DNA of 64,000 nt from Stegostoma tigrinum (Eukaryota), in the NCBI RefSeq assembly GCF_030684315.1, contig NC_081366.1, forward strand, positions 23,317,410 to 23,381,409. Reading direction: 5' to 3'. Of this stretch, positions 39,342-51,090 are shown in pieces. Positions within the stretch are counted from its first letter, which is position 1. Each line of letters begins with the position of its first letter. Under the pieces are notes generated by a model. That model was not told the DNA's origin. It made no database searches and was given only the letters and a program-made list of their open reading frames with translations. Made by a program: the position numbers and the translations under genes.

Positions 39342-41936
39342 ATGGATGGATTGGATCAGACGGACACCACCACAAATCACTTCTCTCCTGACAGGCTTAC
39401 CGGTCACATAGATCCGTTCAACCACCAGCGTGGCAAAGGGGACTCTGGTTATAGTTCCTTCTCTATTTCATTCAACACTCCAGAGTACTTGTCTGTAGCT
39501 CATTGCAGTGAGGATCCCAGGCAGTCAGGATATGCATTGTATCGGGGTCCTGATTCAGAGACACTGCAACATACTGACGCAGTAGTCTGCGATGCTGGTG
39601 TTATGAGCACTGAAGAGAGAGCCGTGTTCCCGCCAATGGATAACCCCTCTCGGAATGGTAATAATAGGAAGTTTAATTGGTCAAACCCACCTCCTCCTCC
39701 AATACGCCATGATAGTTTCCTAGTTACCAAGCAGCATAATGGTCTTGGCAACAATTATAGCTATGATGAGTTATGCCTCCCAAATGTGGCTGAGAGGTCT
39801 TCATTAATCGAGAGCAAGACACGGGGGATGACTAATAGAAGTTACCTCCAATCTAAGGAGACCACAAACCTGCCTGCTGGTAAAGTTACTTATGACCTTG
39901 GACAAACGCGAACTCCATGGTGTACTCCCACTTCAAACTTGACTGGTTTTGTGCCAGAAAGGCACAGTCAATCACTTGAAGGTGCTGTCAATTTTCCTTC
40001 CAAAGGTACTGATAAGGCATCTCAGAACGACTCAAATGATTCACTTCCTCCCTTTGTCCATTACAGTTTAGGTGTCACACATGACTGTGCAGAATCGCAA
40101 CAACAAATCAACAATCTCCCACTGGCACACGGAATTAAACCACACCCTATTAGACAGCAGCACCTTGATCTATCACCTGTAGTAACTCTTACTAGTGCTA
40201 GTGAAAGTAATCAGACTGCAGTGTCATATTGTTACACCAGCAGCACACATACAGAAACATCTATAAGAGAGCCTTGGCCAGCAGAAGGTATTTCTGGGCC
40301 TATCCAAGCAAAGGACCAAGAAAACACTACAGAAGCATATAAATCTGAGGCACATTCTAAGCCTCATGTAACTGGAGATTGCAAAGGTAGAAAGGAATCT
40401 TTGAATCCATTGAGTACCAGCCATTTAGTTCTTCAGTCACCTGCCATGGACTTGCAATCCACGTGTGGAGAATTTGGATTTAGAAGGCATAACAACGCCA
40501 GCAGCAGCCAGATCTTCTACTGTGGACCCAGTGAAAATTCTCACAACTCAAAACTACATCCTACAGTGCCTGAGTCAGCAATACAAAGCAAGTATTTAAG
40601 CCAAAGGCAAATGAGAAATAGCATAGACAGTGCAGAGTCTCAGATACTCCCACATTCAGATGCAAGAACTAACCACAATGCTTTAGCAAACCAATTGTCT
40701 ACAACAGCAAGACAGTTATGTACCGATGGAATAATCACTGCTGAAAATACTCCAATGCTGCATCGTCTTACCTTTGAAAGCATAAATACAGCCAAAAATG
40801 CAGCAGGAAATACTAATCAGAAAATACAAGCCACTGAGGACTCAAAGGAGGCATACAATCAGAGGAACAGAAACCAAGACCTGCGCAAGGGTTTCCAGAG
40901 CAAACAGGAACAGTTTCACAAGTGCAAGAGTTTTTTGCAGCTCTTAGATGAACCTACCAAACTCAACCAATTGAATGAAGAATCTTCAGACCTCTTAGGA
41001 ACACCAATTGTTTCTTCTAAAATTGCTTATAGAGACCAAGTGAAGTACGCACAAACTATGGTCCTAAGGGAGACCTCTTTTAAACGTAGAGATCTTCAGC
41101 TTAGTTGGCCAAACCGAGCTAAGCAGAAACCCACTGAGAGGCCAAGCATCACACACTTACAAACAGCCTCTTTGACGGACCCAAGGCATTTCCTTGATGA
41201 TCCAACAACCACAATGTCATCGTCGCAAGTATTACATGAGGATCTACCAGCTAAATCTCTGGCTTCTGAGCACCAGGCTGCCCATATGGGGAGCAGGAAA
41301 AGACTGACATCGCAAGAGAAAACGATGTATCATTCAGTACCTGAAAAAATAAATCAATTGGGTGTGACAAATGGTTCAAGAAAATTCCCTCCTTCATGGG
41401 AGCAGGATGACAATTTCCCAAACCCACATGAAGAGAGGAGCATTGTAGCTTCCATGCGACAACTGTTTGAAACAACTTCCTTGGCAGCAAATGCACCCAT
41501 GGCATTAAAGCACATTCAGCACAAAGCCTTAATTGAGTACATGGAACGTAAGAAAAGTCAGAGACCCCGTAGCACAGAACCTATGTGTGAACAAAGTCAA
41601 ATGGGAAGGTTCACCTCGCACAGGAGGTTTTCGGACTGGAGTTCCAATGTATGTTCCAACCTCAGCCCTGCCAAAGGGCAGAACATATCGAGACACAAAT
41701 CTGCAGATGTACTATGGGAACCATGGGACGATTCCTTGGCAATGCCAGCCATCTGCACCAATACGTCTCCCAGTAGCCAGTTAAGCCAGCCATTTCAGAA
41801 CCATCACTTTCAAAAGCGGGCAGATGACGTTAGTTTTTCTGGAAAGTTTGCATCCACCGATAAATTACCGAACCAACCAAGGTCCGTTCATTTTGTTGGG
41901 CGCCCAAGATCAAAGTCATCTCCATTATCTTCACAG
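39342..41936 (+). CDS. shroom1: Shroom-family protein (shroom1-like), coding exon 1: N-terminus and ASD1 actin-binding region
   Basis: 872-aa ORF; ATG in strong Kozak context (AGGATGG) with an in-frame TGA just upstream. Shroom motifs: GKGDSGYSSFS, PPPPIRHDSF, AQTMVLRETSFKRRDL, RKRLTSQEK..SVPEKINQLG, LKHIQHKALIEYMERK. Acceptor ttttttttcag ends at 39254; donor CAG|GTATGT at 41937 (phase 0). Confidence 0.88.
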
Positions 41937-43250
41937 GTATGTACATTAGCTAGTAGCTGAGTCATTCTCACTTGATTTGTCCCCCTGGCACCGCCTGAGC
42001 TGAGATGCTCTGGCTTTGATTCCCACTTCCGGGCTGATATCTTATTCACTTCAGGAAAGCCAGCATGTATCAATGCTGAACCACAGCTCAAATAAATGGA
42101 GAAAGTTAATGGCAGGAAAGGTACCAAATGCATCTGCTAGGGACAGAAAGCAGTGACAGGTAAGAAGGATGAGCAACTAGCCATGTAGAAAAAGCTATAT
42201 AAAGAAAAGTGAACTAGCCCCATGAATGCCAGATCCAAACCAAATGTTTTCCAAGTAGTTTCTGGTTCTTTATCATGTGGCTAGGGATAAGGGTCGGAAG
42301 AGGATAGGAATTCTGAAAACATTGAAGAGAATTTTGCAGCAATGGCTGGGTACTGTAAACTCATTGGATTATAGGTTTTAAGATTTTGAAATGGCCTGTA
42401 GCTAAATGATATTGATTTTTTTGTGCTAAAACTCTGTTACCATATTAACCTCAAGAGAAATTAAGGAAAATGCTGCTCCTCTTGCAAAATAAGCTTTTCA
42501 TTTTCATTTTTTAACCACAATGAAATCAGAATTTGTAAATAATTAGAGCACACATGTTGGTTGCATGATTAATTACGAATTAGCAGTGTTGTTACAATCC
42601 TTTTACATATAAACATGCTGACACTTTTACAATGGCAACAGCATCACTTAGAATTACATAGATTTGCAGCACCAAAACAGTTCAACCAATCAATGCAGGG
42701 TTCAGTGTTTTCGTATATTCCCTTTTCTGTCACATATTCATCTAACTTCCTTTTCAAAGTATCTGAGCTACTTGCGTTTACCATTGTCTGTGCTAGCAAG
42801 TTCCACATTCAAACCACTCCCCAAATAAGGAAACTTGTCCTTATTTCTGTATTGCAATTATTATTAAGTTGTACTGAAAGTCTAAGTTTAGGGTCTTTCC
42901 ACAAGCGGAAATGTCCTCTCTGCACCTACCCTGTTCCATCCATTCAGAATTGGAAAGACCTCAATCAAGTCAACTCTAAGTTTTCTCATTTTAAAGGACA
43001 AAATAAAACCTGTTCAATTCTCTTCTTCAGTGCAATCGCTCAGGTCTGGTAACATCCTAGTAAATCTTTTATCCCAGTAAATATTTTATAGTACAGGGAA
43101 CTAGAAATGTGCACTGAATTGCTATTGCCTTGTTTCCTGATTAGTTTTTTGGAAGTTTAAAGTATAAATTTAAAACACATTGAAATTAAATCAAACAAAC
43201 TGAAGAGAATAACCATGTTTTGATAAAGTTATTTTTTTTCCCTGTTGCAG

Positions 43251-43318
43251 AAGGATTTAGCTCCTGCTGTAAGCTCAGAACCAATGAAACAAATGTGTAA
43301 CAGCAGAAACACTTCCAG
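43251..43318 (+). CDS. shroom1: shroom1-like coding exon 2 (68 nt; KDLAPAVSSEPMKQMCNSRNTS), absent from the ORF track
   Basis: Acceptor ttttttttccctgttgcag, donor AG|GTGAGT, no stops. It converts phase 0 to phase 2, which is exactly what is needed to join exon 1 to the 45006 exon. Confidence 0.82.
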
Positions 43319-45005
43319 GTGAGTGACAAAATTGTCTTTGCAAAGACTATGTACTGAACTTGAAGCTTCAATATTTAAGAAGCAGAACTGAAGTGGAGGG
43401 ATACTTCTGCCTATTCTGAAGATGTTGGCCTGCCCTTGTTTCCTAGCCTGAGGATCATTTCCCTGAAAAACAAGTCTGCAACTTCCAGATTTGTGTTCAT
43501 TTTGGGACAGAACCATGTTCGGGTATGTCCCTTGCCCACATACCTTGCCGTAGAATCAGCATGGACGAGTTGGGCAAAAGGGCCTATTTACGTGCTGTAT
43601 GACTCTAAGAGAAGACAGCTAATGGATTGCTTATGCAAAAAGTGATAACCTTTTAAATTGAAAATGTTCTTCATGGTAATATAACAACACTCTGAAAGTC
43701 CTTATATTAACCCCTCTTTCAGTCATATTCTCTGGTGAATTCTAAGACTGGAGAAGTGATTCCAGTACCCACTGTTGCAATGCAAGTAACAGGAACTATC
43801 ACAGAGGCCTTTTTCTCATCTCATGGTTGGCTGTGATTTCTTCTGCTGGAACAAATCTGGAGAAAGCACTGAGCAGCCAGTCACACAGTGATGATCATCC
43901 CCAAATTGTTTGCCACCTCTGCCCGTTCAAGATCCACCAAGTGTTGTTGCAGAGAACCAGGAATTGAAGCACCAATTCAAAGCTAGGTCAGCGCTGTGGT
44001 TAGTATGGCAGGGGGGTGGGAACCTGAGCTGTATACCTGAGCTTAAGGCAATGATTGTAGGCACAGACCATAGAAATCATAGCTGTGTGAATGAGCAGTT
44101 ATTCTATGTAGGGATATTGTCCCCAAATAATCTCAGATGATTCAATAGTCTTCCTCCTCTGCAGTAATGGAACACAAGGTAAAACATTGTACAGCTGTGG
44201 GGGAAATGTGGAAGAGTGAGAATGACAGAGTAGGCCACTTGGCCATGATAAACTGTATAGTCGACTTCTCTGTTGTGACCATTTCTGAATTCTGTGGTTA
44301 GAATTCGAAAACCCTAGAGAAATTCAGTCATTCACCAGCAGAGGACACCATAAACCCTGTCCTCACACATGAGAAAATTGTATATGATCATTATAATTTG
44401 ATCACCATTATCCATGTATTATTGGATTGGGGTTGCTTATTAAGTTACTGTTGTATAAATAATAATACTTATTTTTATATATCACAAGTCTGGTCTTAGC
44501 CAGCTATTCTTACAGTTCCTTTGGGAAATGTTGAAAGATAAATCATTAATTGCTTTAACTGGAGTTTACGCAACAAAATAGGAGCAGAAGTAGACCCAGT
44601 CAAGCCTGGTCTGCCAGTCATAGCTGATCTGATATGGCCTCAACTTCCTGCATGACCCCCATATCCCTTAATACCCATATCAATCAAAATTTCTGTCCAA
44701 CTCAGCCTTGAATTTTTCAATCATTCATGCTCTACTGCTTCCTTATGGTAACAATGCCAAACACTAATGGTCTCCAAGAGAAGAAAGTACTCCTCATCTT
44801 AAATGGGAGAGGCCCTATTTTGAGACTGTGACCCCAAATTCTAAATTTTTCCCATGGGGGGTATTCCACATATCAACGATGTGAGAGTTAAGGTGAGAAA
44901 AGTATCGAATCTTGGTTTTGCTCAACACTTGTTAATTTTATGACATACGTGCTCCAATTTTTTTTCACAATCTAAATATTTCAAATTTGTAATGCTCCTT
45001 CTCAG

Positions 45006-45749
45006 GTCTGTTTCTGGCAAAATCAATCCTGTAACTGATCGGATTTCTTATTCAAATTGTCATGAAAATAAGCGTAAAAACATGGCCCCTAGCAAAAACA
45101 TCCTTGCCAGACAAAGAGGAAAGTCATTGGATGAAATTCAGACGCCAAGAGTCAGAAGTTCCGCAGTACTGAGCAGAAGTTCTGACCAGCTCCACCACTC
45201 TGCCATTGATAGTGAAGTAGATTCCCAAACTGGAAATATGGTGCCTCAAGAAAAGCCCAGTGGATCTCCAACTAAATGGATTAAAGTGGCGCTGGCATTG
45301 AAAAAAGAACGTCCACCACTATCAAGATTGCCTTCTCCCAAACAAGAGGGGATTAAATTGAAGCAGGAAGGCATTATGTTAGGAACTAACAAGATTTCAG
45401 CTCTCACTACATTTGAGACAAATTCTAAAGTAATCAAGGCTCATAGGGGTTCTTCTGCAGAATCCCCAACTTCTACATCCCCATCTCCACGTTCCAGGCT
45501 GCAATCTCCACTGTGGAATTCAAGAGACCGGGCGCATTCCCTTTCCTCCCTGTCTTCCTGGAGAGATGATGTGTTTGTTGAGGATTCTTCCAACATATCT
45601 AAAAACAGTACGACAGATCCTTGTTCAGCAGCTGAAAACTTTTCTGTTCAATTCAACATCTCACAACAGCATCATTCAAAAAGTTTTGAATCTTCACCCA
45701 CGGAAATAACAATGAATAAAGAAACCAAATCAGCTACACAATCAACCAG
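45006..45749 (+). CDS. shroom1: shroom1-like coding exon 3 (Ser/Pro-rich linker, RQRGKSLDEI motif)
   Basis: Within ORF 44992-45753; acceptor ctccttctcag, donor AG|GTAAGG; phase 2 to phase 2. Confidence 0.87.
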
Positions 45750-45884
45750 GTAAGGCAGCAAAATCTGTTCATTATTCAAAGCAAATCCTTGCTCTTCTTT
45801 ATCTAGATTTCTGTAGAGTATTGCAGTTTTGTTTGAAGCAATTTAACAATTACCTTACAATTACCTTAATAGTTGTTAAAAAGT

Positions 45885-46050
45885 TGCAAAAACAGAAATC
45901 GCTAGAGAAACTCAGCAGGTCTAGCTGCATCTATGGAGATAATGTAGACGTAACGTTTTGAGTCAAGTGGCCCTTCTTCACTGGACACTCCAGTTTCTCC
46001 AGCGATTTCTGTTTTTGTTTCATATTTCCCGCATCCACAGTTCTTGGTTT
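45885..46050. repeat. Family C fold-back repeat
   Basis: aaaaacagaaatcgctagagaaact mirrored by agtttctccagcgatttctgttttt; decayed hammerhead on the minus strand at about 45951-45984. Confidence 0.6.
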
Positions 46051-46939
46051 AATTTTAGATGTAAAAATTTAAGCGTCTCAATTCAATTTGGCTACAGACA
46101 TAGCACAGTTTCAGTTGCAACTACAAAACGTAGTATTAGGGACAATGTGGCCATATTGAACAGTTCCAGTGTTTCCTTTACAGCTTGTATTTCACCTGTG
46201 AGAATGTCTGTTAATAAAGACAGCATATGGCTAAGCTTGGCATCAGAATTGCAACTCCTCAAAGTGCCAGTTTGCAGCAGTGAATATTGATGCTGCTCAA
46301 AAGATTAATTAGTTTTGGAGGTGGGGAGTAGTATGGTGCTGTTCTGTGAGGACAGAACCCTGATTGTTCGTTCATGGGGCCTCAAGAATTCTTAATTTAG
46401 CAATGCCAGTGAGTGAACCAGTATCATCCTTTATATGGCGAGGGATCAATTTCAGCCCTAATGATAGTGAAAGCTACTTCTCAATTGGAAGTACAGTTTA
46501 TGAGGAAAGTCAGTTTTATTTCAGCTGTCTTGAGAAACTAATTTTAAAACAATATCGGCTTTCGCACAAGCCCAAAAATATATTAAAAGTTCAAATAATA
46601 CTTTTTAAAAAAAATGTTTTATGAACCAATCCAGCTTGGTAGAATTCTGATGGCTCAGGGTTCTGTCAACAGTCCTCACCAACATCTTTCCTTTAAGGCT
46701 CACCAGGAGAAATCTAATGGCATTATTGGAGAATACCTTTCCCTTTGCTTTTTTTTTCCCCTGGCAGAAGCCTAATTGTAGCTGAGGGCCTAAAATGCAA
46801 AGCAGATACTTGTGATGGGTGTGTGGTAGATGGATAGAGGAGAGTTGCTAATGCCTCTATTATAAACCTGAGATGCTTTTCAAAAAGCATTTTAATTGTA
46901 GCCGTTAGGCATGATTCCAGCTTTTTTTTTCCTTTCTAG

Positions 46940-47446
46940 AGGAAAGAATTCACTGTCAACGAAGGAATCTCTTCACCTAGATCTTGGAGAAAATGGTGAG
47001 GAAAATCACAACAGGTCAATGTCAACAGTGTTGGGATCCTCATCAAACAGTTCAGACGTCGCTATTGAAAGACCTGTGCCAATCTTGATGGCACAAGTTG
47101 CAAAGTCTGCTGAGGACAAAAGTGAGACCAGCCAGCCTTTTCCAGTAAAGGACCATCAAGACAATGGGGAAGAGCCATTTCAGCAGCTTTCAAAAGACCC
47201 AGGATCCACATCTGTCCATGTAAGGGTGAAGACAAAGACTCCTGAAGACCTCAGAATTGAGGAGCTTATTAAGGAAATTATTAATGAGGATCATTCACTA
47301 GCAGATGTCCTTGATCCCAGCCCTACACGGAAAACTATAATGGATCTTGTGACAGAGTTGTTTCAAAAGGATACTTCAGTGCTTGAGGCTTGTCAGAGGA
47401 GAAAGCAAATGGACAGTCAGGCAATGATGAAGGAAACCAAGAATAA
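46940..47446 (+). CDS. shroom1: shroom1-like coding exon 4 (start of ASD2: KTPEDLRIEELIKEII..DHSLADVLDP..RKTIMDLV)
   Basis: Within ORF 46911-47450; acceptor tttttcctttctag, donor AA|GTAAGT; matches the Shroom EELAREIV..DKSLADILDP..KTTMDLM motif; phase 2 to 2. Confidence 0.9.
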
Positions 47447-48420
47447 GTAAGTAAATTAATTACAACTTGCTACATGTAACCTGCAAATACATAAAACTAG
47501 TACTGAAAAGTTATGTTTGCTCAGTGAGGCCTAAGTGAGTGCTGAAAGATATATTTGGAACACAATCTGTCATGCTTTATGCTGTAATGAAGTGATTTTA
47601 GTTATTATTTTCTACTTTTTGCTTCCGACAGTATCGCACTGAACTGTCCAAGGTTGAAGCAGAGTTGTTCTCCTTCCAATTTTCCAATTTCGTTACATAG
47701 GAACATGGAATATTAAAGCGGGTGTAGCCCCTTGAGCTTTTTCCACCATTTTTTCTAATTATAGCTGTTCATCCAACTCAATACACCATTCCTGCTTTCT
47801 CCACAAACCCTTTGATCCCTTTTTTTTGAGAAATATATCTACATATTTTTTGAAAGATTTCAGTGTTTCTCCAGTATAATGTTCAGATATCACCAATATG
47901 TCCTTATGTAGGCAAGAAGAACATGGAAGAAGGGTTGGATAGTGTTTAGCAGCGTGATGGCGTATGAACTTAGGCATTAAAAATGGTTTCAGACCAAGAA
48001 TGGCTGTGCAATGCTACTTGCAATGTCCACTAATATCCAGTAACAACAGTTTAGTTATTTATATGATATGGAAATGGAAAGACTGTGCAGAAGTCTATAT
48101 TTTTAAATAATTTTGATACAGACCATATGGTTTAGGGACAGCAGGAGGGCCACTCAGCCCCTCAAGTCTGCCTCATGAATAAGAATGTGACTGATCTGAT
48201 TACTGCATATTCCCATATACCCCCACTTGCATTTTATCCACTTACTTATCGAGAATCAATGTATCAAAAATATTCAAAGGCTCTGCTGTCATCACCTTTT
48301 GAGGAAGAGTGATTCAAAGTCTTATGACTCTCTGAGAGAGAAAAAAAAATCCGCATTGCTGTTTTAGCTGGGTGACTGCTGTTTTAAGCAGTGGTTCCTA
48401 AACAGTGGTGGAAATGGTCT

Positions 48421-48867
48421 AATGGTATTGTCCACTTGGGAACCCTGCAGCCCAATGGTTTCAATGTGGATTTCACAAGCTTCAAAATCTCCCTTCCCCG
48501 CACTGCATTCCAAAACCAGCCCAGCTCGTCCCAGCCTCCCTAACCTGTTCTTCCTCTCACCTGTCCCCTCCTCCCACCTCAAGCCGCACCTCCATTTCCT
48601 ACCTACTAACCTCATCCCGCCCCTTTGACCTGTCCGTCCTCCCTGGACTGACCTATCCCCTCCCTAACTCCCCACCCATACTCTTCTCTCCACCTATCTT
48701 CTCCTCTATCCATCTTCGGTCCGCCTCCCCCTCTCTCCCTATTTATTGCAGTTCCCTCCCCCCATCCCCCTCTCTGATGAAGGGTTTAGGCCCGAAACGT
48801 CAGCTTTTGTGCTCCTGAGATGCTGCTTGGCCTGCTGTGTTCATCCAGCTCCACACTTTGTTATCTC
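48421..48867 (+). mobile_element. Penelope family A 3' fragment (end of GIY-YIG ORF, C-rich UTR, hammerhead at 48774-48801)
   Basis: Similar to 60225-60738; CTGATGAagggtttaggcccGAAACGTC. Confidence 0.85.
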
Positions 48868-48869
48868 AA

Positions 48870-49990
48870 CTTCTGAGATGTTCCTTGTATGGTTTATAAT
48901 GAAGACCAAAGCAAAATACCTTTTCAGGTTTTTTTTCACCATTTCCTTATTTTCTATTATTAATTTTCCCATACCTATTTCTATAGGACAGATGCTCACT
49001 ATTCATTTTTCATTTTTCACTATCAATAGAAACGCTCACTGTTTGTTATTATATTGCCAACTCACTTTCTCTCATACTCTTTTTTTTCTCCTTATTATTC
49101 TTTTAGTCATTCTTTGCTGTTTTATATATTTGAAACTTTTGATTGCCAGCCATCTTTGCACTACTATGGGTGCTTTTTCATTAATTTTGATACTATATAC
49201 AACATTTCTGGTCAGTACAGATAGTGAGCCCTATCTTTGGATTTTTGTTTCCCTTCCTCATTGTATTTATTCAGAAATATCCCCTTAAATATCAGTCACT
49301 GCATTTCTATTCACCCATTCCTTTATCTAATTTATTAATTCACTTTTGTTACTACTTTTATGCCTTTATAATTGCCCTTTCTTTAAATTTTAAGTACTAA
49401 TCTTGGATCCAATCATCTCTCTCTCTCTCTCTCTAATTGAAGTAAAAATCAGTTAGAAGGATTACTGCTACCTTCTGGTGCTTTCCCTGTGAGATCATTA
49501 TTTATCCTATCTTGTTACGCAGTAACAGTACTAGTACAGGCTGTGCTTGGCTCCAATACATGCTGTTCTAAGAAACTATCCTGAAACCAATTTAATAACT
49601 TCTCTCCCAGGCTACCTTTGCCCATCTGACTTTTCCAGATGAAAATCCCCCATGGTTATCTTCTCACCTTTCTGACAAGCACCTATTATTCTGTGGTTAC
49701 TGATAGGGGACCTATGCACCACTTCTATAAGTAACTTCTTGCCTTTAACATTTCTCAACTTAACTTGAACCATTTTTACACCCTGCTTCCTTGTCATCCC
49801 TGTCTATTGCACTAAAAGCATTAATAATTAACAAAGCTACTGCTCCACTTTTTCCTGCTTTCTGTGTTTCCTAAATTTTGATTTTTAGGCCCAAATTTAT
49901 TTCAACATAAGTCTTAGTGACCTTGACATCATCCTTATTTCTCTTTGCACTATCAATTCATCTGTTTTATTTTGAATGCTGGGTGCTTTC
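48870..49990 (-). mobile_element. Decayed CR1 LINE (endonuclease/linker region)
   Basis: ORF 49612-49797: VKLRNVKGKKLLIEVVHRSP..ITMGDF. Confidence 0.55.
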
Positions 49991-50179
49991 AGATATACAG
50001 CCTTTAGTTATATACTTTTACTATTCTTAAAACTTTTAGCCTTACCTGTTGATTTATTTTTAGAGTTAAAATATATCCCTTCCTGTTAGGGTGGTTCCTC
50101 ATTTCCCATATTAATATCTGACTGCCTTGCTTTGTCTCTACTATTTGATTTACCACATGGTCTCAAAATTGAGTGCAGT

Positions 50180-51090
50180 GAGACATAGAAAATAGATACA
50201 GGGCTCGGTCATTTTGACCTTCAAGCTTGCACTACCATTCAGTATTCCCTTCCTGTTTTCTCTCTGTACTCCTTGATCCTTTCGGCTGCAAGGGCCACAT
50301 CCAGCCCCCTCTTGAACATTTCTAATGAAATGGCCCCAGCAGTTTCCTGTGGGAGAGAATTACCACAGGTTCATGAGTCTCTGAGTGAAGAAGTTATTCC
50401 TCACCTCAGCCCTGAGTGGCTTACCCCTTATTCTTAGACTGTGACTCCGAGTTATGGACTTCCCCATCATTGGGAACATTCTTCCTGAATCTAGCCTGTC
50501 CAGTCCCATTAGGATTTTATATGTTTCTGTGACAACTACCCACCACCCCCCACCATCCTTCAAAATTCCAGTGAGCACAGGTCTATTCGATCCAGTCTTT
50601 CCTCATATGTAAGCCCTGCCAACCCGGGTATCAGTCTGGTGAACCTTCACAGGCCACCCTCAATAGCAAGAATGTCTTTCCTCAGACTAGGACTCTAAAA
50701 CCACACAAAATACTCAAGGTATGGCTTCACCAATTCCCTGTATAACTGCAGCAATACATCCTTACTCTGATTCTCAAATTCTCTCGTTACGAAGGAGAGC
50801 GCAAGCCATTAGCTTTCCTCACTGCCTGCTGCACCTGCATGACATCCTTCAGCAACAGTTCCACCATGACACCCAGGTCTTGTTGTACCTCACCTTTTCC
50901 TAAAATGCAATCATTCAGATAATATTCCTGTTTCTGCCACCAAAGACAATAACCTCAAACTTGTCCACATTATGTTGCATTTGCCAAGTATTTGTCCACT
51001 CAGCCAGTCTATCCAAGTCATTTAGTGTCATCTGCAAATTTGGAAATATGGCATTCAATGCCTTTGCCCAAATCATTAATGTGTATTGTG
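50180..51090 (-). mobile_element. CR1 LINE 3' fragment
   Basis: ORF 50360-50578: ETYKILMGLDRLDSGRMFP..TRSHSLRI..NFFTQR. Confidence 0.8.

Noticed and set aside
41937-41960. ORF tail VCTLASS* as the true C-terminus
   Set aside because: It follows a good donor, and six phase-compatible downstream exons complete ASD2; this is intron read-through.
48746-49288. 180-aa hydrophobic ORF resembling a membrane protein
   Set aside because: It is a Penelope tail fused to the T-rich antisense strand of a decayed CR1; the composition explains the hydrophobicity.
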